Of a stretch of DNA of 64,000 bases, positions 28,943 through 38,842 are shown piece by piece (the first letter of the stretch is position 1; each line of letters starts with the position of its first letter). Made by a program: the position numbers and the translations under genes. The DNA is from Alphaproteobacteria bacterium (lineage in GTDB: Bacteria; Pseudomonadota; Alphaproteobacteria; UBA828): positions 576,001-640,000 of the forward strand of contig CBDCRW010000005.1 in assembly GCA_965221125.1 (NCBI GenBank), given 5' to 3'. The notes under the pieces are model-generated. The model was not told where the DNA came from and did not search any database. It saw nothing but the letters and a program-made list of their open reading frames with translations.

Positions 28943-30193
28943 TTAGGCCGGCTTGTCGCCGTCCGATTCCGTCTCCGAACGCGGGTCCAGCTCGTAGAGC
29001 GTGGGCGAGGTGCGGGGCACCGCCACGAAGCCGCTGCGGTCCTCCTGCACCGGCCGCCGGCTGAGCGCGATGCGGGCGACGGTGAAGAGCGCCAGCGCCG
29101 CGTGGACGGAGGTGGTGAACAGGAACAGCCCGCCGCTGCCGTAGCGGTTCATCAGCGCCGATGCGATCAGCGGCCCGAGGGACGCGCCGAGGCCGTATAT
29201 GAGAAGGAGCCCGCCGGCCGTCGCCACGAAGCGGGTGTCCTCCGCCTTGTCGTTCGCGTGCGCCACCGAGACCGCGTAGAGCGGCATGGCGAAGCCGCCG
29301 AACGCGGCAGACAGCCCGATCAGCAGCGTGGTCGACGGCTCCGCCCAGGAGCTGAGCAGCACCCCGCTCGCGGCGGCGCAGAGCGTGGCGCCCACGATCA
29401 CGAAGCGCCGGTCGATCCGGTCGGAGATCAGCCCGAGCGGCCACTGCAGGATGGCGCCGGCCAGCGTCGCGCCGGCCACGAAGTAGACCAGGCCGTCGAT
29501 GTCGAGGCCGCTCCGGCTCGCGAACACCGGCCCCAGCGACCAGAACGAGCCGTTGACGAGGCCGACGCTGAGGCAGCCGACGAAGCCCACCGGCGAGAGG
29601 CGCCAGAGGCCCAGGATGTCGAGGCCGATGGCGGCCGGCCGGGGCGGCTCCGGCGCCCTCGTGAGCGAGACCGGCACCAGCGCGATGGCGATGAGGATCG
29701 CGATCAGCGCGAAGGGCTCGAAGCCTGCGGGATCGTACGCCGTCAGCAGGAACTGCCCGGCCATCAGCACGCACAGGCTGATGAAGGTGTAGGCCGACAT
29801 GATCGCGCCGCGGTTGGCGGGGCCGGCACGGTCGTTCAGCCAGCTCTCGATCGCCACGTAGAGGCCGGCGAAGGCGAAGCCCACGAGGAAACGCAGCACC
29901 CCCCACGCGATGGGGTCGATGATGAGCACATGGGCGAGCGCCGTGGCGGCGATGACGCCGGAAAGCGTCGCGAAGGTCCTGATGTGGCCGACGCGGCGCA
30001 CCACCAGCGGCACGTTGAGGCAGCCCAGGATGAAGCCCGCGAAGTAGACGGTGCCGAGCAGGCCGATCTCGAGCGTCGAGAAGGCCTCGATCTCCGCGCG
30101 CACGGGCAGCAGCGTGTTGATCAGCCCGTTGCCGGTGAAGAGGATCGCCGTGCTGAGCAGCAGCGCTGCCAGCTGACGAAGTGTCGTGGTCAT
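28943..30193 (-). CDS. MFS transporter (YcaD-like)
   Basis: RRVGHIRTFA, IESWLN, QWPLGLISDRIDRR, PLYAVSVAHAND. Confidence 0.9.
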   Translation of the reverse strand: MTTTLRQLAALLLSTAILFTGNGLINTLLPVRAEIEAFSTLEIGLLGTVYFAGFILGCLNVPLVVRRVGHIRTFATLSGVIAATALAHVLIIDPIAWGVLRFLVGFAFAGLYVAIESWLNDRAGPANRGAIMSAYTFISLCVLMAGQFLLTAYDPAGFEPFALIAILIAIALVPVSLTRAPEPPRPAAIGLDILGLWRLSPVGFVGCLSVGLVNGSFWSLGPVFASRSGLDIDGLVYFVAGATLAGAILQWPLGLISDRIDRRFVIVGATLCAAASGVLLSSWAEPSTTLLIGLSAAFGGFAMPLYAVSVAHANDKAEDTRFVATAGGLLLIYGLGASLGPLIASALMNRYGSGGLFLFTTSVHAALALFTVARIALSRRPVQEDRSGFVAVPRTSPTLYELDPRSETESDGDKPA

Positions 30194-30280
30194 GGCGATG
30201 TGCAGGTAGGGTGGCGGACCCCTGTGAGCAACACAATTTCGCCCGCCACCGGAAGATTTTATTGGGCGGCGATGTCGCCC

Positions 30281-31576
30281 CTAAGCCACCGTCACGGCGA
30301 CGCGGTGGAGCGCGTTGTTGAGGTAGCCCTTCGGGTTCCAGGCGACGGCGTGGGGCTGGCCGACGCCTTCCGAATCCGTCGCCCTGGCCCAGATCTCGTA
30401 GTAGCCCGGCCCCGGAAACTCCACCGAGGCGCGCCAGTTCTGCCAGGCCCCGGCGTTCACCGGCGTATCCAGCGCAGCGTCCGTCCAGGTCGCGCCGAAA
30501 TCGATGGAGAGGCGGACCGCGCTCACCGTCCGCTCCCCGGCCCAGGCGTGCCCCCGCGCCTCCACCGCCCGCGCGCCCGTGCGGTGGCCGGTGGCCGGGC
30601 GCGTGATCAGCGATTTCACCGGCATGGCCTCGATGATGACGAAGTCCGCCTCGCCCAGCGCCTCCCCCGGCGCCAGCGGGCGGGCGGGAACGCGGTAGGA
30701 TGTGCCGGTCATCTTCGCCCCGTCGTGCACCCGGTCCCGCAGCCGGAGGCGCGTGAGCCACTTCTGGGAGCACGACCCCGGCCATCCGGGCACGACTAGG
30801 CGGAGCGGCGCGCCGTTCATGGGGTGGATCGGCGCACCGTTCTGGGCGAAGGCGATGAGCATGTTCGGGTCCATGGCCTTCGCGATCGGCACGCCGCGCG
30901 AGATCGGCTGCCGGCCCGGCTCGCCCGAGGGGTGCGCGTCGGCACCTTCGTGCGCGGTATAGACGGCGCCCGCCTTCACGCCGGCTGCCTTCAGCACGTC
31001 GGCGAGGCGGACGCCGGTCCACTCCGCGCAGGCGACGGCGCCGTAGGTCCACTGCGCGCCGTCCGCCGGCGGGTCGAAGAAGGCGCGGCCGTTGCCGGCG
31101 CACTCCAGCGTCAGCGCGGCGGTGACGACATCGAACCGGCGCCTGAGGTCGGCGATGCCGAGCGTGAGCGGAGTCTCCACCAGGCCGTCCACGGTGAGCG
31201 TCCACGCCGCCGCATCCACGCTCTCGGGCAGGATGCCGTTGTTGCGGATGAAGTGCCGCGCGCTCGGCGTGATCGCGTCGTCCAGCAGGTGCGCCAGCGT
31301 CTCCGCGCTCAGCGGGCGCTCGTTGAGCACGACCAGGCCGTCCTTGCCCCGGATGACCGCTTCGCCGGCAAGCGCCACCGGCATGAAGTGCTCCGGCATG
31401 GTGCGGTGGAAGGGGATGCCCGCGCCCACCAGCGCCGCCATGGCGCCGAGCCCCGCGCCCTTCAGGAACCCGCGCCGGTCAGAATGGGTCACGCGGCCGA
31501 ACATCAGACGGTCGGCCCTGTCCGGGTCTTCGCGATAGAGCGTGTGCAGGCCCCGGCTCGCGGGGGTCTCGCCCAT
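30281..31576 (-). CDS. Sulfite oxidase family molybdoenzyme (SorT/SoxC-like), Tat-exported
   Basis: DRRGFLKG Tat motif, HFIRNNG, LECAGNGR, GAPLRLVVPGWPGS..KWL, WNPKGYLNN. Confidence 0.9.
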   Translation of the reverse strand: MGETPASRGLHTLYREDPDRADRLMFGRVTHSDRRGFLKGAGLGAMAALVGAGIPFHRTMPEHFMPVALAGEAVIRGKDGLVVLNERPLSAETLAHLLDDAITPSARHFIRNNGILPESVDAAAWTLTVDGLVETPLTLGIADLRRRFDVVTAALTLECAGNGRAFFDPPADGAQWTYGAVACAEWTGVRLADVLKAAGVKAGAVYTAHEGADAHPSGEPGRQPISRGVPIAKAMDPNMLIAFAQNGAPIHPMNGAPLRLVVPGWPGSCSQKWLTRLRLRDRVHDGAKMTGTSYRVPARPLAPGEALGEADFVIIEAMPVKSLITRPATGHRTGARAVEARGHAWAGERTVSAVRLSIDFGATWTDAALDTPVNAGAWQNWRASVEFPGPGYYEIWARATDSEGVGQPHAVAWNPKGYLNNALHRVAVTVA

Positions 31577-31715
31577 GGCCCGCCTCGTATTCCCTGGCGG
31601 CGTGTACCATAGCGCCTGCGGCATGGAACGAACAGGCGTCGCGCCCAACGCAGCGCGGCACCGATCGGATAAACTGCGGGCGGTTTGGCAAGTGGAGAGC
31701 CGGGGGACACCAGAC

Positions 31716-32486
31716 ATGACCGCCGACTACGAGACCATGACGCTCACGCGCGACGGCCGGCTGCTGCGCATCGAACTGACGCGGCCGGAGCGGCTCAACG
31801 CCTTCGCCATGACCGGCACGCGCGAGCTGCTCGACGCGGCCCGGCGCATCGCCGCCGACGAGGACGTGCGCATGGTCTCGATCGCCGGATCGGGCCGGGC
31901 GTTCTCCACCGGCATCGACCTCAAGGACCTCGCCGCAGGCAGGATCGAGCAGAGCTATTTCGACATGTGGGACGCGGCGCTCCGCGTCTTCGAGACCATG
32001 GACAAGCTGGTGCTCTGCCTCATCCACGGCTATGCCGTGGGCGGCGGCCTGCAGCTCGCGCTCGCCTGCGACATCCGCGTCTGCACGCCCTCCGCCCGGC
32101 TCGGCCTGCCCGCGATCAAGGAGGGGCTGATTCCCGGCCTCGGCACCTTCCGCCTCGCGCGTTACGTCGGGCTCGGCCGCGCCAAGTCGCTCATCATCCG
32201 CGGCAACATGATCGACGGCACCGAGGCCGAGCGCATCGGCATGGTCGATCACCTGGTCGCCGAGGAAACCGCGTTCGAGGACTACGAGGCCTATCTCGCC
32301 GAGTACGCGTCAACCAACTCCGCCGGCTGCCGGGCGTCGAAGCAGATGCTGCTCGACTGCTTCGACCTCGGCTGGCAGGGCTTCTTTCACAAGTACCTGG
32401 TGCTGCAGAACAAGGCCATGGCCGCGCCCGACTTCGCCGAGGCGATGGAGGCCTACCTGGCCGGCCGCGATCCCCGCTGGGAGTAG
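31716..32486 (+). CDS. Crotonase (enoyl-CoA hydratase/isomerase) family protein
   Basis: RPERLNA, AFSTGIDL, GYAVGGGLQLALACD. Confidence 0.88.
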   Translation: MTADYETMTLTRDGRLLRIELTRPERLNAFAMTGTRELLDAARRIAADEDVRMVSIAGSGRAFSTGIDLKDLAAGRIEQSYFDMWDAALRVFETMDKLVLCLIHGYAVGGGLQLALACDIRVCTPSARLGLPAIKEGLIPGLGTFRLARYVGLGRAKSLIIRGNMIDGTEAERIGMVDHLVAEETAFEDYEAYLAEYASTNSAGCRASKQMLLDCFDLGWQGFFHKYLVLQNKAMAAPDFAEAMEAYLAGRDPRWE

Positions 32487-32545
32487 GGCGCGTCCATCGT
32501 CACCCTGATTTCGGTAGTGGAAACTGCGGCTCTAGCCGATCCAGA

Positions 32546-33031
32546 TCACGATTCGAGGGCCAGGTCGGCGGGCGAGATCAACACGCCGAACTGCACGCAC
32601 CAGATGACCACGCTCGGGTAGTCGTTCAGGTCCACGCCCTTCGGTATGGGGTATTTCTGGCTGCCCTCGAAGGCGCGCAACTTGCCGAGATCGATGTACA
32701 TCGTTCCCTTGACGTCCGAGGATTCGCGGACTTCTTCCTGGGGCACGAGGTAGACGTGAAACGCGGGCCCCGGCCCGACTTTGAAATCCTCTTCGAGGAA
32801 CACGAGGTCCTCGTAAACCGTGACGTTTCCTTCTCCATAATGGATGGGATCGGAGGGATTCGCGTGAATGAAGGTGCCGCGCGCGAGCACCTCGGTCTGC
32901 TCCTCGGCGGTGAGGGTTTCCATCGCGGGCGGCGGCGGAAACACGTAGGGAAAGATGAAAAACCCGACGGCGACGCCGAAGGCCGTACCCATGACCCCAC
33001 CAATGAAGAACGCGATAATCCATTTCCGCAT
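32546..33031 (-). CDS. DM13 domain protein with N-terminal membrane anchor
   Basis: HYGEG, GPGPAFHVYL, DLGKLR...GSQKY, SVVIWCVQFGV. Confidence 0.85.
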   Translation of the reverse strand: MRKWIIAFFIGGVMGTAFGVAVGFFIFPYVFPPPPAMETLTAEEQTEVLARGTFIHANPSDPIHYGEGNVTVYEDLVFLEEDFKVGPGPAFHVYLVPQEEVRESSDVKGTMYIDLGKLRAFEGSQKYPIPKGVDLNDYPSVVIWCVQFGVLISPADLALES

Positions 33032-33534
33032 CGCCACCTCCTTCAGCGTGACGGGCTGCAACCCCGTCCACATTAGTTGCAACAAAGGGCCGGGAATAAC
33101 GGACTGCAACATGCGACTTTCGCAAACGAAACCGTCCGGAGAACAACCTCAACCGCGTGCTTTGACACTACCTTAGACAGTAGTTGCGCGGATTGACCCT
33201 TTCAAGGGGCGACGCCCGGCGTGGTCCGAATCACCAATGGCGGGATGCTGCCGCGCAAGGCTCGCACAGCCTCGCCGCCCGCAGCCGCCCGCTTCGGTTC
33301 CCGTCTACGTAACCCGGTTGGGGGTGGGCGGTCGACGCCAACGCCGAGCCGCGATAGGCGGCGCACGTGCCCCACGTTGATCATGCGCAGGTAAAGGTGC
33401 GGTGTTATCATCAATGCAGGTCACGCAGACCGGGACACCCTTTTTTTGGAACTGCCGGCGCACGCAATGACGGCGGCGGCTGCGCCCGAACCGGCTAAGC
33501 GGTTTGCGGCGCCACACCAAGGGGAGGAACAACG

Positions 33535-34737
33535 ATGAGCAAGAACAGGACCGATACGAAATCGCAGCCGACGAAGCGCCGTGTATCGCGGCGCGGCGTG
33601 CTCAAGGGCGCGGCCGCGGCAGCGGTCGCCGGCTTCACCTGGAAGAGCACCGGCCCCTTCGTGCGGAACGCGGAGGCGGCAACGCTGGAGCTGCGCTGGC
33701 TCGGCTGGGAGCACTACAACGTCAAGAGCCTGACCGCAGAGTTCGAGGCCCGGCACGACGTCAAGGTCAGCGCCGGCTTCTTCGACGGCAACTCCGAAGC
33801 CTGGAACAAGCTCCGGGCCGGCGGCACCCAGGACTTCGACCTGGTGATGGCGGACGGGTTCTGGCCGCGCCTCTACGCCAAGCAGGGGCTGGTGCAGGCG
33901 GTCGACTACTCGAAGCTCGACCTCAGCAACGTGTTCGACGACTTCGTGCCGCCCAAGTTCACGCTGCTCCGCGCGGAGGACAGCGAGGACATGATCGCCG
34001 CACCCAACTGCTGGGGCGGCTACGGGTTCACGGTCAACATGGACAAGGTCGCGGCCGAGGATCAGGAATCGGTGAACCTGCTCTTCAACGAGAAGTACGA
34101 CGGCCACCTCTCCACCAGCGCCCGCTTCGAGGAGAACATCGCGCTCGCCGGCATCCTTGCCGCCCACAACATGGGCACGAAGGACGGCCCCCGGCCCGAC
34201 GGCAAGAGCTTCAACCCCTACGTGCTCTCGGACGAGGAGCTTGAGGAGTGCAAGCGCCTCCTGATCAAGCAGAAGCCGCTGCTGGTCAACCGCTGGAACG
34301 ACGAGGACACGCTTGAGCGCCTGCTGCGCGCGCAGGTGGTGTGGGCCTCGCCGGAGTGGTCCGGCATCTACCGGCGCATTCACTTCGACAAGCTGGACGG
34401 AAAGTCCGACCTCAACATGCGCCACGTCCTCAAGCCCACGGAAGGCGGCCTCGGCTGGGTGGACCAGTGGTCCATCACGTCCGGCGTGACCGACAGCGAG
34501 AAGATGGAGATCGCGCACAAGTGGATCGACTTCCGGCTCGAGCGCGAGAGCATGAAGACCGTGGCGGTCGAGATCGGCTGGGCGCCCACGGTCGACGTTC
34601 GCGACATGCTCGACGATCGCTACGTCGACACCCTCTTCCTCAACGAGACCGAGGCGATCCACGGCCTCTACCAGTTCGACGCGCCGTCCTCGCCCGAGAA
34701 GTGGGAGCGCATCTGGTCGGCAGTGGAAGCGGCCTAG
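33535..34737 (+). CDS. ABC substrate-binding protein, PotD/PotF-like, Tat signal
   Basis: SRRGVLKG, LGWEHY, FDLVMAD, PTEGGLGWVDQW, AHKWIDF. Confidence 0.88.
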   Translation: MSKNRTDTKSQPTKRRVSRRGVLKGAAAAAVAGFTWKSTGPFVRNAEAATLELRWLGWEHYNVKSLTAEFEARHDVKVSAGFFDGNSEAWNKLRAGGTQDFDLVMADGFWPRLYAKQGLVQAVDYSKLDLSNVFDDFVPPKFTLLRAEDSEDMIAAPNCWGGYGFTVNMDKVAAEDQESVNLLFNEKYDGHLSTSARFEENIALAGILAAHNMGTKDGPRPDGKSFNPYVLSDEELEECKRLLIKQKPLLVNRWNDEDTLERLLRAQVVWASPEWSGIYRRIHFDKLDGKSDLNMRHVLKPTEGGLGWVDQWSITSGVTDSEKMEIAHKWIDFRLERESMKTVAVEIGWAPTVDVRDMLDDRYVDTLFLNETEAIHGLYQFDAPSSPEKWERIWSAVEAA

Positions 34738-34764
34738 CCCTGACGACCGGGCAACCTGAGCAGG

Positions 34765-34797
34765 GAGGGATCGGACCTCACGGTCCGGTCCCTCTTT
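34765..34797 (+). terminator. Intercistronic hairpin after the binding-protein gene (partial terminator or mRNA stabiliser)
   Basis: GAGGGATCGGACC-TCAC-GGTCCGGTCCCTC-TTT. Confidence 0.55.
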
Positions 34798-34881
34798 CAG
34801 GGCGCTGAGGTTGGTCTTGCGCAGACGAGGCCGGCAGCCGACGCTTGCGGCAGCGGCGCGGATGCCGGGGCTGCGGGCGCG

Positions 34882-35976
34882 ATGACCGATCAGCCAATCC
34901 TGCGTATCGAGGCGGTCGAGAAGCGCTTCGGTACGGTCCGCGCGGTCGACGGCGTGAGCCTCGAGGTCGGCCGGGGCGAGTTCTTCGCGCTGCTCGGGCC
35001 GAGCGGCTCGGGCAAGACCACGCTGCTCCGCATCGTCTCCGGCCTGGAAGCGCCCGATGGCGGCCGGGTGGAGATCGGCGGCGTCGACGTGACGGCGCTG
35101 CCGCCCTATCTGCGGCGCATCGGCATGGTGTTCCAGGATTTCCTCCTCTTCCCGCACCGCACGGTCGCCGAGAACATCACCTTCCCCCTCAAGATGCAGG
35201 GCCGCAGCCGGGCCGAGCGCGAGGAGCAGCTCGACTGGATCCTGGGCTTCGTCCACATGGAAGGGCTCGGCGACCGCTTCCCGCATCAGCTCTCCGGCGG
35301 CCAGAAGCAGCGCGTGGCACTCGCGCGGGGGCTGATCGCACGGCCCGAGCTTCTCCTGCTCGACGAGCCGCTGGCCAATCTCGACCGCGAGCTCCGCAAG
35401 GAGATGGAGATCGAGGTGCGCCGCTACCAGGAGGAGCTCGGCATTCCCTTCGTCTACGTGACGCACAACCAGGAAGAAGCGCTCACCATGAGCGACCGCA
35501 TGGCGGTGATGCAGCAGGGCGTCCTGGAGCAGATCGGGCCGAAGCTCGACGTCTACAACGCGCCTGCCACGCGCTTCGTCGCCTCGTTCGTGGGGGCGCC
35601 CAACAAGCTCGCAGGCCGCGTGATCGAGGGCGACGGCGAACGTATGCGTATCGATTGGGGCGGCATCGCGCTCACCGGTCGCGGCGCGAGCGGCGCCCGG
35701 CCCGACGATCCGGTGGAGCTGTTCATCAAGAGCGAGCGGATCGTGCTCGGCCCCGCGGCGGAGAGCATCGAACACGAGAACCGGTTCGAGGGGACGGTGC
35801 GGGACATCATCTTCAAGGGCCAGTTCGCCGATTACATCGTCCGCGCCGACAACGACGTCGAGCTGGTCGTGAGCGGGCCGCCCAGCATCGCGGGCGTGGA
35901 TCGCAATTCCCGCGTGAGCCTGGGCTGGGCCGTCGATGCGGCCGACGTGTTCACGGTCGGGGACAGCGAGCCGTGA
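34882..35976 (+). CDS. ABC ATP-binding protein, PotA-like
   Basis: GPSGSGKT, LSGGQKQRVALAR, LLLDEP, YVTHNQEEA, TOBE-like C-terminus. Confidence 0.92.
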   Translation: MTDQPILRIEAVEKRFGTVRAVDGVSLEVGRGEFFALLGPSGSGKTTLLRIVSGLEAPDGGRVEIGGVDVTALPPYLRRIGMVFQDFLLFPHRTVAENITFPLKMQGRSRAEREEQLDWILGFVHMEGLGDRFPHQLSGGQKQRVALARGLIARPELLLLDEPLANLDRELRKEMEIEVRRYQEELGIPFVYVTHNQEEALTMSDRMAVMQQGVLEQIGPKLDVYNAPATRFVASFVGAPNKLAGRVIEGDGERMRIDWGGIALTGRGASGARPDDPVELFIKSERIVLGPAAESIEHENRFEGTVRDIIFKGQFADYIVRADNDVELVVSGPPSIAGVDRNSRVSLGWAVDAADVFTVGDSEP

Positions 35977-36854
35977 CGGCGCGCCGCGCCCTGCATCTCG
36001 ACCCGCGCGTGCGCTTTGCCGCGCTGGTGGGGCCGGGCGCCCTCTTCATCGTCCTCTTCCTGCTGATTCCGCTGCTCTCGATCCTGGTCTTCAGCTTCTG
36101 GCGGACCGAAAGCTACGAGCTGATCGACGACTGGAACGTGAACAACTACGCGTCGGTTCTCGGCGAGTGGATCTACCTCAAGTTCCTGCTGCGCTCGCTC
36201 CTCATGGCCGCCGCGGTCTCCGCCGTCTGCCTCGCGTACGCCTGGCCCTGCGCCTACCTGATCGCCAAGCACGGCGGGCGCTACCGCCTGATCCTCGTGC
36301 TGCTCACGGCGGCGCCGTTTCTCACCGGCATCCTGCTGCGCATCACCGCCATGCAGCAGATCCTGGGACCCATCGGGCTGGTCAACATGGCGCTGATGGA
36401 GCTCGGACTGCCCCCGGTCGAAGTGCTCATGTACACCAACGTCGCGAGCGCGGTCGGTCTGATCTACCTGTGGATCCCTTTCATGCTGCTCGCCATCTAC
36501 CTCTCGCTCTTCAACTTCAATTTCGAGTTGCTGGAGGTGGCGAAGGTGAACGGCGCACGGCCGTGGCGGGCGTTTCTCGAAATCACCTGGCCACTCAATT
36601 GGATCGGGACGGCCATCGGCATCGTCCTCGTCTTCATTCCCACCTTCGCCGCCTCGGTGACGCCGCGCTTCCTGGGCGGCACCGACGGCGCGATGTTCGT
36701 CAACCGTCTCGAGCACCAGTTTGGCTCGGCCGGCACGTGGGCGCTGGGCTCGGCGATGGGGGTGGTGATGTGCGTGGCCTCGCTCGTGGTCACCTTCATG
36801 CTCTGGCGAACGATCCGGCTGCGGCGCGCAGGCTTCACGGGCGCGGGGGCCTGA
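35973..36854 (+). CDS. ABC permease, PotB-like
   Basis: GTG overlaps the ATPase stop; WIPFMLLAIY..EVAKVNGARPW loop. Confidence 0.88.
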   Translation: MTARRALHLDPRVRFAALVGPGALFIVLFLLIPLLSILVFSFWRTESYELIDDWNVNNYASVLGEWIYLKFLLRSLLMAAAVSAVCLAYAWPCAYLIAKHGGRYRLILVLLTAAPFLTGILLRITAMQQILGPIGLVNMALMELGLPPVEVLMYTNVASAVGLIYLWIPFMLLAIYLSLFNFNFELLEVAKVNGARPWRAFLEITWPLNWIGTAIGIVLVFIPTFAASVTPRFLGGTDGAMFVNRLEHQFGSAGTWALGSAMGVVMCVASLVVTFMLWRTIRLRRAGFTGAGA

Positions 36855-36855
36855 G

Positions 36856-37674
36856 ATGGCCGCGGTGAACCCCGGCGAGCGCTTCGTGGTCGGTGGCCAG
36901 ACCGTTCTGCTGTTGGCGCTCTACCTCTTTCTCTACTTCCCGATCTTCTACATCGGCTACCTCTCGGTCACGGAGAACACCGTGTGGCCGTTCCCGCCGC
37001 TGTTCACCGGCGAATGGTACGGCCGCCTCATGATCATGAGCGACTTCCACACGGGCCTGGTGAACAGCGTGCTCATCGGGGCCGGCACCGCCGTGCTGTC
37101 GACGCTCTTCGCCACGACCGCGGCGATCGGGATTCTGCGCTACCCGCTGCGCCGCCGCGGGTTCGTCGTCGTCCTGTTTCTCGCGCCCCTCTTCATCGCC
37201 CAGATCCTCATCGGCATCTCGACGCTGATGTTCAACCGCAACGTCCTTGGCATCCCCGGCAACATCGAATCGGCGATCGTGGCCAACACGACCTACAGCG
37301 TCTCCTTCGCCTTCCTCGTGATCCTGGCGCAGCTCGTGCGCTACGACTGGCGCTTCGACGAGGTCGCCCAGGTGTTCGGCGCGCGCCCGTTCCGCTGCTT
37401 CCGCGAGGTCACGTTCCCCAACATCTGGCCGGCCGTGCTCGGCGCCTTCATCATCAGCTTCATCCTCGGCTTCAACAATTTCGAGATCACCTTCTACAAC
37501 GTGGCCGCCATCCCGACGCTCCCCACCATCGCCTGGGGCACGCTGCGCCACGGCATCGAGCCGGAGCTCTATGCGCTGGCCACCATCGTCAACGCGCTGG
37601 TCTTCGTCCTTCTGTTCGTGATCTACCTGCTGATCCGCGTCGGCGCGCTCCGCCTCGGCGTCCCTGACGATTGA
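36856..37674 (+). CDS. ABC permease, PotC-like
   Basis: FLYFPI, DEVAQVFGA, VTFPNIWPAV, TLPT. Confidence 0.88.
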   Translation: MAAVNPGERFVVGGQTVLLLALYLFLYFPIFYIGYLSVTENTVWPFPPLFTGEWYGRLMIMSDFHTGLVNSVLIGAGTAVLSTLFATTAAIGILRYPLRRRGFVVVLFLAPLFIAQILIGISTLMFNRNVLGIPGNIESAIVANTTYSVSFAFLVILAQLVRYDWRFDEVAQVFGARPFRCFREVTFPNIWPAVLGAFIISFILGFNNFEITFYNVAAIPTLPTIAWGTLRHGIEPELYALATIVNALVFVLLFVIYLLIRVGALRLGVPDD

Positions 37675-37689
37675 AATCCCGGCCGGCGG

Positions 37690-38808
37690 CTACGCCTGCA
37701 CCCGATAGTCGCGGATGACGTCAGGGTCGGGCTCGGCGCCGAGGCCGGGGCCGGTGGGGATGCGGAAGCGGCCGTTCTCGTCCGGGTCGACGAACCCCGG
37801 ATAGAGCGTCGCCTCGAGCCGCGTGTAGAAGCGCTCGGCCCAGCCGCCGCCGGGGCGGCCGGTGAGCGGCATCGCGCCCAAGAGCTGCAGCGTCGCGAGC
37901 CAGCCGGGGCCGAAGTAGGGCGAATGCGGCATCACGGTCACGCTGTAGCCCTCCGCCACGGCCAGCACCTTGAGGAACTCGGTGATGCCGCCCACCTTGG
38001 TCACGCTCGGCTGCGCGTAGCGCACGGCGCCGGCGTCGAGCATGCGGCGGAACTCGAAGGCGGTGCACGCGTTCTCGCCACAGGCGAGGTCGATGCCCGA
38101 TTCCTGCTGCAGCCGCGCCAGCGCCGCAAAATCCTCGGGCGGGAAGATGGGCTCCTCCAGCCAGTGGAGGTCGTAGGGCTTGAGCCGCGCCACCATCGCG
38201 CGCGCCTCGGCCGGGGTCCATGGGCAGTTGGTGTCCGTGCACAGCGGCATGTCCGGCCCCATCGCCTCGCGCGCGGCCGCGATCTCGGCCTCGCCCGTCT
38301 CGTGCAGCTTGATGGCGGGGTAGCCGTCCTCCACCGCATCGCGCACGGTCTTGGCGACCAGTTCGCGATCCCGGTACTTGAGCAGGCTCGCGTAGCCCGG
38401 CACGAGAGGCGGCGTGGCCGGCCCGCCGAGGAGCTGGCCGAGCGGCCGCCCCGCCCGCTTGCCCGCGAGGTCCCAGAGCGCGATGTCGATGGCGGAGATC
38501 GCGAACATGGTGATGCCGTAGCGGCCGAAGAGGTGGAGCGCCTGCTGGAGGTCGCGGTTGATCGCCGCGATGTCCGTGGCGTCGCGGCCGATCGCGATGG
38601 GCGCCACCGTCGCATCGACGGCCGCCTTCAGCGCCGGCATGCAGTTGTAGCTGAAGCCTTCGCCCCAGCCGGTGGCGCCGTCCTCGGTCTCGATGCGGAC
38701 CAGGAGGATCGTGAGCCCCTGCCACGCCTGCCCACCCCAGGCCGGCGGCGGCCCGCCGTGATCGTGCGGGATGGCGAGGGGGATGGTCTCGATGCGGGTG
38801 ATCTTCAT
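37690..38808 (-). CDS. Mandelate racemase/muconate lactonizing enzyme family protein
   Basis: GATGWGE, SAIDIALWDLAGK, KLH, DTN, WLEEP, GEN, KVGGITE. Confidence 0.9.
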   Translation of the reverse strand: MKITRIETIPLAIPHDHGGPPPAWGGQAWQGLTILLVRIETEDGATGWGEGFSYNCMPALKAAVDATVAPIAIGRDATDIAAINRDLQQALHLFGRYGITMFAISAIDIALWDLAGKRAGRPLGQLLGGPATPPLVPGYASLLKYRDRELVAKTVRDAVEDGYPAIKLHETGEAEIAAAREAMGPDMPLCTDTNCPWTPAEARAMVARLKPYDLHWLEEPIFPPEDFAALARLQQESGIDLACGENACTAFEFRRMLDAGAVRYAQPSVTKVGGITEFLKVLAVAEGYSVTVMPHSPYFGPGWLATLQLLGAMPLTGRPGGGWAERFYTRLEATLYPGFVDPDENGRFRIPTGPGLGAEPDPDVIRDYRVQA

Positions 38809-38842
38809 GGGTGTTTTCCGATGGCGGTGTGGCAACGCTAAA

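Noticed and set aside
33200-33530. Known riboswitch (cobalamin, guanidine, SAM, TPP) in the ABC leader
   Set aside because: Could not match the conserved cores by eye; kept only as a low-interest finding
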